Below are positions 1 through 11,995 of a DNA stretch of 64,000 bases, in pieces. The stretch lies in assembly GCA_051942205.1 (NCBI GenBank), contig JAVECO010000026.1:1-64000 (forward strand), given 5' to 3'. Source of the DNA: Coniocarpon cinnabarinum. Taxonomy: Eukaryota. Under the pieces are notes generated by a model. The model ran no database searches, was not told where the DNA came from, and saw only the letters and a program-made list of their open reading frames with translations. Each line of letters opens with the position of its first letter. The stretch's first letter is position 1. The position numbers and the translations under genes are program-made.

Positions 1-391
1 AAAGAATAAGTTATATATAAAGTTAGAACTATTATAAGAATAGAAGAATTTATAGAGAAAATTATATTTAATATTACTAGTCTAGAGAGAAAATAAGCAA
101 TCTTAGGAACACTATTCCTAGATTAGTTTATTCTAGATTAGAGAGGCGTACTAATAAATTTTACTACTTAAAATATATAATTAACGCGTAAAGTAATAAA
201 TATAGAACTAGATTATAAGCTAACGTTACTTAATATATTTAATATAGATAACGCTAGTATATAAGATAAAGCTTACTTATATAATAATATATAGCTATAT
301 AAAATATATAGAAAGGTTAAGAAATAGACTACCTAGGCTAAAAAGAAGATTTATAATAAGAGTAAAGTAATACTCTTAACTACTAGCTTAC

Positions 392-925
392 TATTATGCT
401 ATACCCTATTAGTAGCATATAAGTTACGTACACCTGCGTAGAACTACGCTAGTGTATTGTAACCCTAACGTATTAGGACGCGTTTATCTATAGAACTATA
501 TATATAAGAATTATATAAGCCCTTATTAGCTCTATTGCTTCTATATAATAAGGGCAATAGAAGGAATAAGGGGTATAATATATTTACTTATACCTTAGTC
601 TATATAGTTTAATAGTAAGCCTACCTTCTCTTAGGCTTAATATCGTTTAAATTTAGAATTAACTTAACTTATAAGTTATAAACTACTAAACTAATTACTT
701 ACTAGTTTATAACGTACCTTACTTTCTTAGATAGCACTACTACTATTAGATAAAGTAACCTTTGCTATAGTAGTACGCTAGTTACTCTCCTCTATAGCTC
801 TTACTACCTTCGTCCCTTTGTATTGTTCCCTATTATATTCTCCTATAGCAAAGGTTCTTAGCTCTAGAACTGTCCTGTGCCCCCTCGGCTACTCGAGGCG
901 TAGGACCCTCCGTAGAGGCGTTACA
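392..925 (-). repeat. LTR family A, copy 1 (inverted)
   Basis: Reverse complement starts TGTAACGCC and aligns by eye with 1965-2517 and 4638-5167 (e.g. gagtaactagcgtactactatag...aaactagtaagtaattagtttagtag). The other end is RIP-altered (AGCATAATA from AGCGTAACA). Confidence 0.85.
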
Positions 926-1964
926 TATATATAAAGGTTATTTTAGCGTCTATATTACCTTTTAGTGCTTATAAGTTTTTTATATTACTTATATTTAGTA
1001 AGTATAGTAACATTAATTTCTATAAGTTCTATTTCTTAAGTATCTATCTTATATAATATATTTAGTTACTAAGTCTAAATTTCTTATTTTTCTCTCTTAA
1101 GCTCTAGAATATATAAATCTAAATTAATAGTATACCTTCTAAGTACTATAAGTTCTTTAGGCTTATTCTAATAAAATAGTTAGTTCTTAATCTCTTTATT
1201 AAGTTTATTGTAGTAGTATATTATTAGTACTTTTTAGTTAAAGCCTAATATATATATATATTATATAAATTTGCCTATATATTATATAGCTAGTATATTA
1301 CCTTACTTAAGTTACTAAATCTTAAACTATACTTCCTCTTTTAGTTTTAACTCTTTATATATTTTTTATAGTATTATTATAAAATATAGGTAACTAAATA
1401 TAATTACTTATATTTCTTATCTAGGTTCTATTAACCTTATATTCTAAAGTATTGGTATAAACTAGTTAAGTAGTCTATTTTAAAAATAGGCTCTAGTAAA
1501 AAATACCTTAGTCTTATTATCTTTATACTTAGATAGGTTAATTATAAAGTTAAGTTTATATAAGGTAAGAAAAGATTTAAGAGAAGCCTTATTACTCTTA
1601 TAAGAGTTAACTTTAATAGTATTAATAGACATATTATTATTTATATTATTTCTTATCTACTATCTTAGAAGTATATTAAGCTATTTCTTAATAATATTAA
1701 GTAAGGTAATACTTAATTAACTTATAGATAGATAATATTATTTAATCTTACTTTTCTTAGTAATAAGTTATAAAGTAACTAGTTAACTTTATATAGAAGC
1801 TAGACTTATTAGTTATTAAGTAGAAAGTAGCCTACTATATTATTCTTCTTTTAAAGAACTATCTTAGAGTTTTAATAGAACCTTTAATTTAGAGGAGTTA
1901 GTTATAAGATAAAGTAGTATATACCTTTAATTTTTATTTAATATTATAAACAATTATTTAAAAG

Positions 1965-2517
1965 TATAATACTTTTATAGAAGACCCTATTCTTATAGTA
2001 GCTAAGAAGAACTAGGGCGGTCCTAGAAATAAGAACCTTTACTATAAAAGAATATAATAAAGAATAATATAAAGAGATAAGATAGATAAAAGGCTAATAG
2101 AGAAGAGTAACTAGCGTACTACTATAGTAAAGATTACTTTATTTAATAGTAGTAGTACTATCTAAGAAAGTAAGATATACTATAAACTAGTAAGTAATTA
2201 GTTTAGTAGTTTATAACTTATATATTAGGTTAATTCTAAATTTAAATAATATTAAACTTAAAGAAGGTAGGTTTTCTATCTAACTATATAGACTAAGGTA
2301 TAAATAAATATATCTCTAGGTTTAGAGGCTCTAGAGGCTTTAAAAGCCTAAAAGAGTTTAAAGTCTTTAGAGGTTCTAAGAGTAATATATAATTTTATAT
2401 AAAAGGTCTAGAAGATAAATATATTAAGATACGTCTTTCTTCTTTAAGGCTTTATATATTAGCGTACAATACGCGTAATTATATAACCTCTTGTCCTATA
2501 TTAGGTATAGCGTAATA
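1965..2517 (+). repeat. LTR family A, copy 2 (heavily RIPed)
   Basis: Starts TATAATAC (from TGTAACGC) and ends ttaggtatagcgtaata. Long near-identical internal tracts are shared with 4638-5167. Confidence 0.85.
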
Positions 2518-2675
2518 ACTACCTACTTACTAGTAGCTATATTATACTATAGAATCTACTTATATAACTTATTTTAAGCTTACTAAATTTTTTAGTATAG
2601 TAACCTACTATAATAAGAAAAAAAAAGAAAAGAAATAAAGAAAGAAAAGAGAATATATAGCTATACTAAGACTTT

Positions 2676-2965
2676 TGTTACGCCCTAGCCTTGTACTAGC
2701 TCTAGAAAGAGCTAGGGGTAGGCTAGACCGTAATATACAATTAGAACGTTAGGACTAATAGGATGTCTACCTTATATAATAAGTTAGATAGTAGTAGATA
2801 CCTACTATATAAGATACCTAACTAAGCGGCTATTAGTAGTATATCTATATATATCTTAGTCTATATAGTTAGACTAATGACTCTTTCTTATAGATAGTCT
2901 TTAGTCTATTAACTTATAATAAGTTTAAAATCTACTTTATTTCTCTAATACTTAAGTTATATTTC
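2676..2965 (+). repeat. LTR family B, partial or interrupted copy
   Basis: Starts TGTTACGCC. Shares blocks (tagccttgtacta, tatatagttagacta, tagtctattaacttata...aatctacttt) with the reverse complement of 5857-6357. The 3' end is approximate. Confidence 0.55.
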
Positions 2966-3559
2966 TTATTTTTTATTTATTAAGCCTCTTATTAGAGCCT
3001 ATCTAGTATAGTTACTTACTAGCTTTCTTTCTATTAAATAAAAATAGAAGAATATAGTCTAAGCCTTTATTTAGTTAGATATAATACTTTAATAAACTTT
3101 AGAAAGAAACTAAAGTACTATATATAAGATATCTACTATATTTAAACTAACTAGCTCTTATTTAGTATCTTAGGTAAGTAAGGTTAAAGTTTATAAACCT
3201 AAACTCTTTATAGAAAAATAAAGTAAACTTAATTAGTACTTACTTTAAGTATACTTATACTTTTATCTTTATTATAAAAAGTTTTAGTTTAAATAAGATA
3301 AGGTCTTATATACTATATCTTACTTTAAGAGTAATACTACTAAGTATAAGAATTTAGATCTGGATGCAAGGGATTACGTAATGCAATAGGGTATACAACC
3401 CTAAGAGCTTAGCACACAATTATTTAAGATAGACTTATTATAGAGAAGCTTCCTTCTTCTCTATATAACGTTCCTTATAGTTAGGCTATCCTTAGCTAGT
3501 AGTAATAATAGCTTATAGGTTATAATCCTTATATTATATTATATTTATTCTTCTATTAC

Positions 3560-4637
3560 TCTAAGTAAGCGTAAACTACTTATCTCTAGGTTCTAGTCCT
3601 AGTGTAGTCCTAGTCCTAGTTAGGTAGCTATAGTACTAGCCTAAAAAAAGAATAATAAATTATTCTTAAGATATACTATTAAAAAAGTAGTAGAGCCTAG
3701 AGTAGCTTAATAACTCTTAGAACTTTTAGTATATAGTTATAATAGACCTAAGTTAAGTTTTTTAAATACTCTAGTAATTCTAGTAACCTCTAGCCTAAGT
3801 CTTAGTATAATAGCTATTATTAGGTATCTAAGACCTAGTTTAAGTACTTTAGACCCTTTAAAAACTCTAAGAAATAACTTTAAAGACTTCTAAGATTCTA
3901 GACCTAGAACTATACTAAGATAAGCCTTAGAAGCTTAAGCTTTTTATATTAAAGCTCTTAAATAAGATTTAAGGTAATATTAAGCTTTTTTTAACTAAAA
4001 TATTTAAGGTTTAATATACCTATTTAAGGCTTTTAGACTAAGTAGTATAATAAGTCTAAACCTAGTTCTATAGCCTAAATAACCCCTAATAATAATCTAT
4101 AGTCTAGACGTTTAAGTAATTTATTACCTATCTTTAAACCTATTTTTAAGACTCTAGTACTTATAAATAGGCTAACTATAAGCTTCTAAGCCTTAAGCAA
4201 AAAAAATTACTCTTTATAAAAGTTTTTAGTAAAGTTTAAAGATACTCTATAGAACTCTTTATATACTAATTAGCTATAGTATATAATACTATTTCTTTAA
4301 GATAATATTTTAAATAAGTTATAAGACTTATTTATTATATAAGCCCTACTAATAGACTACTAAGAATTCTACTATATCTATAAGAAGCAAGATATACAAA
4401 TTTAAGCTTATTAAGTTATAACTTTAGTATAGGCACCCTAAAGGCTAATTAGCTCTATTTAGGCTTTTAGTTATTTTTAGCCTACCCCTAGTTAGGCTCT
4501 AGTCTACGCTACTCCTATTTCTTTACTAAAGCTATAGTTCCTAGTCTCCTAACCTAGTAGTAAGAAGATAGTATCTTAAGAAGGTAGCTATATAGACTTA
4601 AATAATTAAGCTTAGTAAAAGAGCCTAGATAGCCGCC
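3560..4637 (+). pseudogene. RIP-degraded retrotransposon gag-like remnant
   Basis: Manual translation near 4120-4240 gives FITYL*TYF*D...ANYKLLSLKQ, resembling the gag 'A..KL..LKQ...F..F' signature. The many stops are TAA/TAG, as expected from RIP of CAA/CAG. Confidence 0.45.
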
Positions 4638-5167
4638 TATAACGCCCCTACGAAGGACCCTACCCTTAGGTAACTAAGAAGGTACAGGGCTATCCTAGGA
4701 ATAAGAACCTTTACTATAGAAGAATATAATAGAGAACAATATAAAGGGATAAAGGTAGTAAGAGCTATAAGAAAGAGTAACTAGCGTACTACTATAGCAA
4801 AGGTTACTTTATTTAATAGTAGTAGTACTATCTAAGAAAGTAAGGTATACTATAAACTAGTAAGTAATTAGTTTAGTAGTTTATAACTTATAAGTTAGGT
4901 TAATTCTAAATTTAAACAATATTAAGCCTAAGAGAGAGGTAGGCTTGCTATTAGACTATATAGACTAAGGTACAAGTTAATATATTATACTCCTAGTACC
5001 CCTAGTACCCCTAGTAGTCTAAGGGGTCTAGCCTACTTAGGGTTATATAATAGGTATATAAGAGGTCTAGAGGTGCGCTACGTTCTATTATATTAGGGTC
5101 TTGTGTATTAGCGTAGTAATACGCGTGTGTACGTAATCTCTTGTCCTATATTAGGTATAGCGTAACA
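4638..5167 (+). repeat. LTR family A, copy 3
   Basis: Runs TATAACGCCCC...TAGGTATAGCGTAACA. The 3' CA is intact, with an imperfect terminal inverted repeat. Direct repeat of 1965-2517. Confidence 0.88.
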
Positions 5168-5856
5168 TATATATATATATATTATATATTAGATCTCTAA
5201 CTAGTAGCTAGTACGTCTTACTAAAAAATATATAATTAGAATATAGAGATATAACCTAAATAAGTAGTTTTTATAAAAGAATTAAATAGCTTATAAGGTA
5301 TTTAAACTTAGTAGATAGATAACAATAATAAAACTTAGAAATAGATTTAAAAACTCTACCTAATATAATATCTTTAGATAATTTTATATATTTAGGTATA
5401 GTAACTTATAGAAGTAGAATTAGAGTAGTAAGAGCCTATCTTAAGTATAGATTATAGTATTATTAGTTAATTAAAAATAATTTAACCTTAAAAAAAGCTT
5501 ATATTACGCTTTAGCTTTATAGCTAACTAAATTAGATATTATATAATTATAGAAATACGTAAACTATATATAACTAAGTATATTTTATAAAAAATATATT
5601 TAGATAGCTATAGATCTACTAAATAGACTAGATAGACTAGAATAGTTTATTATTTAGACCATTTAGATATATACTATAGTACCTAGTATATAGATATATA
5701 TCTTAATTTATATAGTCTAGCTAAAGGCTACCTCTCTAGATAAACTTTAGTTTATTAACTTAAATTAATTCTAAGACCCTCTTAGAGTTAGTAATAAGCC
5801 TAAGTAACTATTCTATAAGCCTCTTATACTTTATTACTTATTTATTTATACTTACT

Positions 5857-6357
5857 TGTTACGTAGGGTTAAGGTAATCCCTTAGTAGCTTCCTATTATA
5901 ATACGGTTAGGAAGAGAGCTAAAGGTTCTAAAGCTAGAGGACTTATTCTTAAGTCTTGTTTAGATTAGAAATAAGAGGTTTAGTAATATATAAAGCTTAT
6001 AACTTAGTATAAACAAAGTAGATTATATTTAAACTATAAGTTAGTAGACTACTATTCTATTAAGTAGTCTACTAGTCTAACTATATATCTTAACCTAGGC
6101 CGTTTATATTCTAAGAGGTTATAAGTATCCTTTAAGGCCCTAGAGGCCTCTTAGGCCTTTAGTAGTCTTATAGCCTCTTACAGCCTTAATATAGTAAGTA
6201 GCCGCTACTTAGCTAGTTACATATTACAGCTTAGCTTCTACTCTAACCTTAACTAGTTAGTATAAGGCTAAGTTATAATATTACTACTTACTAGCTCTCT
6301 TCTTACTAATAGTACTAGAAGGCTACTGACTAAGTTACTCTTAACCTAGGCGTTATA
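5857..6357 (-). repeat. Solo LTR family B with 5-bp target-site duplication
   Basis: Termini TGTTACG...CGTTATA. Flanks TTACT (5852-5856) and CTACT (6358-6362) differ by one C/T transition. Confidence 0.7.
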
Positions 6358-7202
6358 CTACTATATTATAAGTAGATAAGAACTATTATATATTAATAAA
6401 GCTATTTTTTAAGCTATTTTTTTTTTAAAAAAAAAGATTATTTTATAAGGTTAGCTAAATAAAGATAATAATAATTATATACTAGGCTAAAAAATAGTAA
6501 TAAAAAAAATAAATTTAATTCTTTAGTATAAGTATAAAATAATCTTTAATAAGTATTTAAAGTAAGTATACCTTACTTTTATAGCGTATAACTTCTAAGT
6601 ATACGTTATATATATTACTTATCTATTTAGACGTACTAATTATATATTTACGTATATAAGTAGTCTACTAGAACGTTCTCTTCTTTTTTACTATTATTAT
6701 AAAATTAGTATTAGTTTACTTTCTATTCTATATCTAACTTTTATATAAAAACTCTATAAGTACTAGATTAGTTATAGTATCTTATTACTTTTTTCTACTA
6801 CTTAAGACGTTATCTATTACCTATTATCTAATCTTTAGTAATCTATAAGTATTAATTGTATTAAGAGGTAATAATTAGACACGTCGCATAGGTCTTTTAC
6901 AAGCAGGGATTAGCTTCAAGGAACAGATAAGCTGCTCCGCTTCGCTTTATCCTACAGTCGCAGCATACTTCCCCCTTTTTCTTCAGTCTGACAGGTTACT
7001 ATTCTACATTGCAGAGTCGGCCCGAAAACCAACCCGGCTTAACACCCATATGGCACCGAAGAGCACCCAGCAGGCTCTCGCATCCGCCCATATTCGCGTG
7101 TCGCAATCTTGAAATGTCGCTATTTGGCGCTGCGAAGCATCAATGAAGTTCCTCAAGATGGAATGCTGTTCGAAATCGGGTGGACAAGGGGACAAAGCGA
7201 CT

Positions 7203-9058
7203 TCAGAAATTGCCCATCTCGTACGCGCTTCGTCTGCGAAGGAACGGACCCCAATAGTACAGGATCCACGGAATCGGCAGCATGGCAATAGCGACGAAGC
7301 CCAGCAAACTCGCCGCCCAATTGACCCCTAGCCGATCGTACATCTGCACTGTGAACAATGGGAATGCAGCGGCCATGATGTATCGAAGAAGACTGTTGGC
7401 AGCAATCGCTGAGGCTGTATTGATGGCTTGGTAGGCGTCGACAAGGTAGCAACTCGTGCCGAGCTATTGTGAATGAAGAGTTAGCATTCAATACAAACGA
7501 TGCTCGTGGTCAACAGATGAGTAGGATACTCACAAAGAGTAGTACCAGTCCCCAGCCAAAAGGGACACCTGCTAGGACTGGCACGATCCAATGGACACTC
7601 GGGCGCGACGACCATCCCAACCAAAACATAGAGATCGGCAGAGCGATAGATCCCATCATACAGACGTAGAGACGTTCTTCCGGTGGTGGGATCTTGCCTG
7701 GTTCGGTCACCCTGGATTTGGCTTTGGCGTATATGGTTTTGTCAACGATGCCAAACGTGAGGGTCTTCGTGGTTAGAATGTTAGTCCATGCTCTTGGGAT
7801 ATACGAGGTCGTTGGCGGAGGCACGTACAGCTATCAAGATGCCTACAATAATGCCCAGGTACGTCAAGCCGATCTGGTCCAGCTCGAAGTGGTAGATATT
7901 GCCAAAGACGTAAGGGAATGCGTCGAATGTTGCAAACAAGATCCCGAATGCGAATGCAACATCTATCAAGCACCATTAGTCCATCCTTCATCGTGATTCA
8001 GTCCAGTTCGTCAGTTGGGCGACTCACACAACGACATCCAACCCACGATTGGCTCGAGCAGAAGCATGTGCACCGGTCTCAATAGTGTCACAACGAGGAG
8101 GAACCTCAAAGCCTCTTTTGGCGCCGGCTTTGGTGGTTGAGGTAAACCCCTTGCGATTGCCCTCTTTGCGAGAATCACCTTGGCGTAAGACTCCCGCGCA
8201 AAGAAGCTGGCAATCCAAGCAGGTCCGGCGATAATTATAATCACCCACATCGTCCAAGCCCAGTCGTTTGGCTTCTCGCCCTGCTTTTGAACCGCGAAGC
8301 CTCCAATAAGCGGTCCCAGAGACGATCCCAGAAAGGGCATGAGGACGAAGAGCATGCCAGCAATACCTCCACCTTGCTGCATGTCCCAGAGATCTGCGAC
8401 CGAGCCAGCGCCGACGGCTACTGCGGGAGCGCCCAGAATCGATGCAAGGAAACGACAGACGAGGACCGTTCCAATGTTCTTGCCCAGGCCCGCGCCCATG
8501 GTGAAGAGGAGGAAGGGAGGCATCGTGAGGAGGTAGACCCATCTTCGTCCGAGGGTTTCGCTAATGGGTGCTCCAAAGACCGGACCGAGCCCTTCCTCAA
8601 TGCGTCAGCAGCTATACGGACACGCAACGAAAACTCATCACACCCACCGATGCCAAGTGCATAAAGAGACACGCCCAGGAGCGCAACAGTACGGCTGACT
8701 TGAAACTTGGCCATGATGTCGAAGACGCCAGATGCGTAGACGGAGGTTCCAAAGGTCCTGCGCTCGATTGGTGAGGATGAACCATTCAAGTGGGACCGTA
8801 TGACATTGAGAGCTCACACTGCAAAGGCATACCACGCTGGCACCGCGACGCCAAATGTCCGCTCAAGGATAGACCAATTGCGAGGGTTGCCAGGATCATC
8901 AGGTCCGTCCCAACTGCTCTCAGCAGACATTTTGGATGAAGCAAGAACCTGCTGGTCCGATGGAGTCTTTCGCTCCTCATCTGTGCTATCACTGCTCTGA
9001 GGCGCATGTTAGCCTTCGAAAGTGCCCGGCGATAGCTGGCGAAGTCGGAACAGACCAT
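7203..9058 (-). CDS. MFS multidrug transporter, DHA1 family (multi-exon)
   Basis: ATG at 9058 followed by an intron. Exon 2 has WDGPDDPGNPRNWS. Also VCRFLASILG, LGSSLGPLIGGF, LLRPVHMLLLEP and PPEERL. Last exon ASAIAANSLLRY...YWGPFLRRRSAYEMGNF-TGA. Confidence 0.93.
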
Positions 9059-9614
9059 GTTTCCTGCTGTTTCAGAGATAACCTCACAGTTCACGACGTG
9101 GGCACAGGACCCAGAACAGCACCTAGCATTGTTCGTTGAGCGATGACGATGGGTAAGGACGTCTCACGTGTCAACTGCCCTATCATTGGAATGGAGACGT
9201 TGAGTCACGCAAGGGGAGTACGGAGTCTTGCCTGGGATTGCAGGCATACGAATATTAAATGGTCACGCGTCGCTCGAAGTAATTACCTGAATCCCTACTG
9301 CGCATCGAAAGCGTTGGCAGACAAGAGTCACATCGCTCGGTTTGCCTCAATGACTTTTGTCGTGCTGCTTCATGCGAAGCTCACATCCTTTGTTGCTGCA
9401 CGAAATGACGACGGAGTGAGAGGGCCTCGGCTTGCACCTGCAAGTTTAGTCACTCCTGCAGCTACGGAAACTGCATGTGCAGCCCGCCTCTTGCATGTCA
9501 GCCAGTGCTCGCTTATGCAGAGCGCTCAAGCCCGACCCCTGCCTTTCCCGTGGCACCTGTGCCACTCACGCCACCTCGACCAGTCTATCGTGCGACACTT
9601 TCGCGGCCACTTTG

Positions 9615-10640
9615 TCATGCTGCAAGCGTGCGCTGGAGTCCGACCAAGAAGTTGTATTGGCCCATGACTACCAACAAGTGGAATATCTGGTGGCTTGATC
9701 CCTGCTTATCTCGTCAGCTCTTGCCTTGCTCCAGAATTCATTCGGCCACGCGCACAACATAATCAAACGTTCGGGGCGACCATTTCTCGGGCACGCGCGC
9801 AATGTAAAATGCAGCCCCGACAGCGTAGCACAGCAACGTGATGCATGTAGACCTCAAAGGAAAAAATCGCAAGCCGCTATTGCCCTCGGACAGGCCTTTG
9901 TGCACAACGGGGCCAAACCCGCTCGCCATCAACGCTGCGAACAGAAGTACCCTGGATCGCATCTAGTCAGCCGCAGTCCCTCAGCTTCTGCAGAAGTACC
10001 CACCGGAAAACAGCCCCACTCGACCCATCCAGGGCAGAAAGGTAAAGGTTGCGAATCACGCTTGCGGCGAAGACAGTGCAAAGTCCGCTGTACAGCAGCA
10101 TCCAGTAACGATCTTGTTCCGTGCCGCATCGCATCCCGCTCCATGTAGAAGCAATGTTGGTCACTGTGATGCTGAGCGTCACGCCCAGATAGTCGCATTT
10201 GAGAAATCGGCGCGCGACCAACGCCGAGTGGCAATTGCAGCCGTGGTACAGAGCCTACTTTGTTGGTGAGACGTCTTGATCACAGCGTCTCCGTTGATCC
10301 GGCTCACCGACAGCAGCAGGCATCCTGCGGTACCCACGATGTACATGCCAACTATCGCCTGATCGGCCTCCTTCCAGCCACATGAACGAGCTGAAAGACC
10401 ACGTTGCATGCTCGAAAACGTGAGGAGGGTCCAGTAGCCGACAGCGGGTGCGAGATGCGACCATGTGTTCACGAGTTCATTGTGAGGAAACCCGAGACTC
10501 CACAAACAAGCTCCAAAGCTGCTCTGCTCGCGACGGTATCCGTGCTTGATGTGAGGGTCCGCGTGCGTGATCCTCCAAAGAGAGAGCTGGTGGTATTCGA
10601 GCAGCGTGCTTTGCGTCGCTTTGTCGGACGTCGAGTGCAT
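9615..10640 (-). CDS. PAQR / IZH / haemolysin-III family membrane protein (3 introns)
   Basis: Family motifs: HIKHGYR, HNELVNTWSH, SALYHGCNCHS, KCDYLG, RVPEKWSPRTFD and GSSHQIFH. All three introns splice in frame by manual assembly. Confidence 0.9.
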
Positions 10641-11995
10641 GCTAATCTTTCTGGCTCTGCAACGCTCATGCGTTTTGAGATGCCTTCGTGCTCCGGTCAA
10701 GCAACTTCGTCTGTCGACGTATGATTTTCATTGCAATCGCGGCGCTCCATGCTTATGGGCTTTGTTGCTCACCCTTTCACGTTCCCGCCCCCGGGATAGT
10801 CTTACGCATACGAAGCATGATCCCGTGCAGTGGACCCACACTAAGCATGCACACCATCTGTGTGGCGCTCGTGCATACCAACACAAGTTGCCTAGACCGC
10901 TGTTCCTGCAGCAAGATAGGTAGGTACTTCCAGGTCAGAATGCCAAGCCTGCCCAAGCCCACAAGCAGTATGAGGTACATGATTCGGCGTGCCGATACCT
11001 CTGTGATTCTTTCATGGGTAGCTCTTGCAATACATCCTCGTGCGTGAGCAGTTGATAGACGGGCAAACTGTGCAATCTCATGTGGTACGTGTAGTGTTCT
11101 GGCCCGCGCTGAAATTCCAGATGGCGACGCATGTCAATACGTCTCGGGGACTTATCGATCGTCTTCCGCGTCGCTTACCGCAGAGCATTCGACTTTATGA
11201 TCCAGTAGTCTTCAGGCTGCAGGCGGCGCCACTGGAAGACTTTGGCCATGGTATCAGCTATCTTGTGACCTTGGGGTGTACAAAATATGTGCGGGACGAG
11301 GACTTCGGATGCCAATCCGCGCTTCCACCTGACCAAGTCCATGAGGAAGGTCACTGCGGTACATGGCAATGTCAGTTAACCCTCAGGAAACGCAAGAGAT
11401 AATGCCAGATGGGCGATACGTATTGTCGGAGCGGCTTATGCATATACCACACTCTACCTATCTTTCCTCGCTGATAGGCTGACGGCTGTCACGTTAGGGT
11501 TGCCAGGATGTGTGATAAAACCCGACAACATAGGCTTTCCATAACCATTCAGCCCAACACCCAGGTGGCTTCACGCGCTAAAACCGACTTCTGGTCTAGT
11601 CCCTGACGCGAGGGTATAAGCTGGTGCATGCATGAGCCACCTGAGCGGGAAATGTATTAATGGCGAGATATTCTACAGTCGACTGCATTTACAAAGCCTC
11701 GACAGCCTTAAGACAATATGCCGCAGAGGGTTCAGGTGAATTGGCAGATAGGCCGGAAGAATTGGGTTTCTGTGACGGTAGACAACCTAGTTCTCTTCAG
11801 TGGTGGAATTCTTTTCACCCTGAAGCAATATCTCAGCCTGCAACGCGAAGACCAACTAACGCCACAACATGTTCCACCGTCGACTCTCACGTACGGGCCG
11901 AGCGCGTCTTGGACCAGCAAAGCTGAAGGCGCTTCCAAATCTGTGATTGTAGTTCAAGCGGGATAGTCTGATTAGACCGTTTCAAACATCCGCGC

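Larger units (their letters stand above)
1..6880. mobile_element. AT-rich block of RIP-degenerated nested transposon relics
   Basis: No ORF of 60 aa or more. Strong TpA excess with CpA/TpG depletion while CpG survives (acgcgt etc.), the typical RIP CpA->TpA pattern. Repeated LTR-like units inside. Abrupt switch to gene-like composition at about 6880. Confidence 0.95.

Noticed and set aside
225..275. Pogo/Fot1 transposase motif (NIFNIDNAS, resembling NIYNMDETG)
   Set aside because: A single short match in heavily RIPed DNA is not enough to call a separate feature.
1965..5167. LTR A copies 2 and 3 as the two ends of one intact retrotransposon
   Set aside because: No shared TSD, the interior is only about 2.1 kb and contains a different LTR family, and the copies differ in RIP load.
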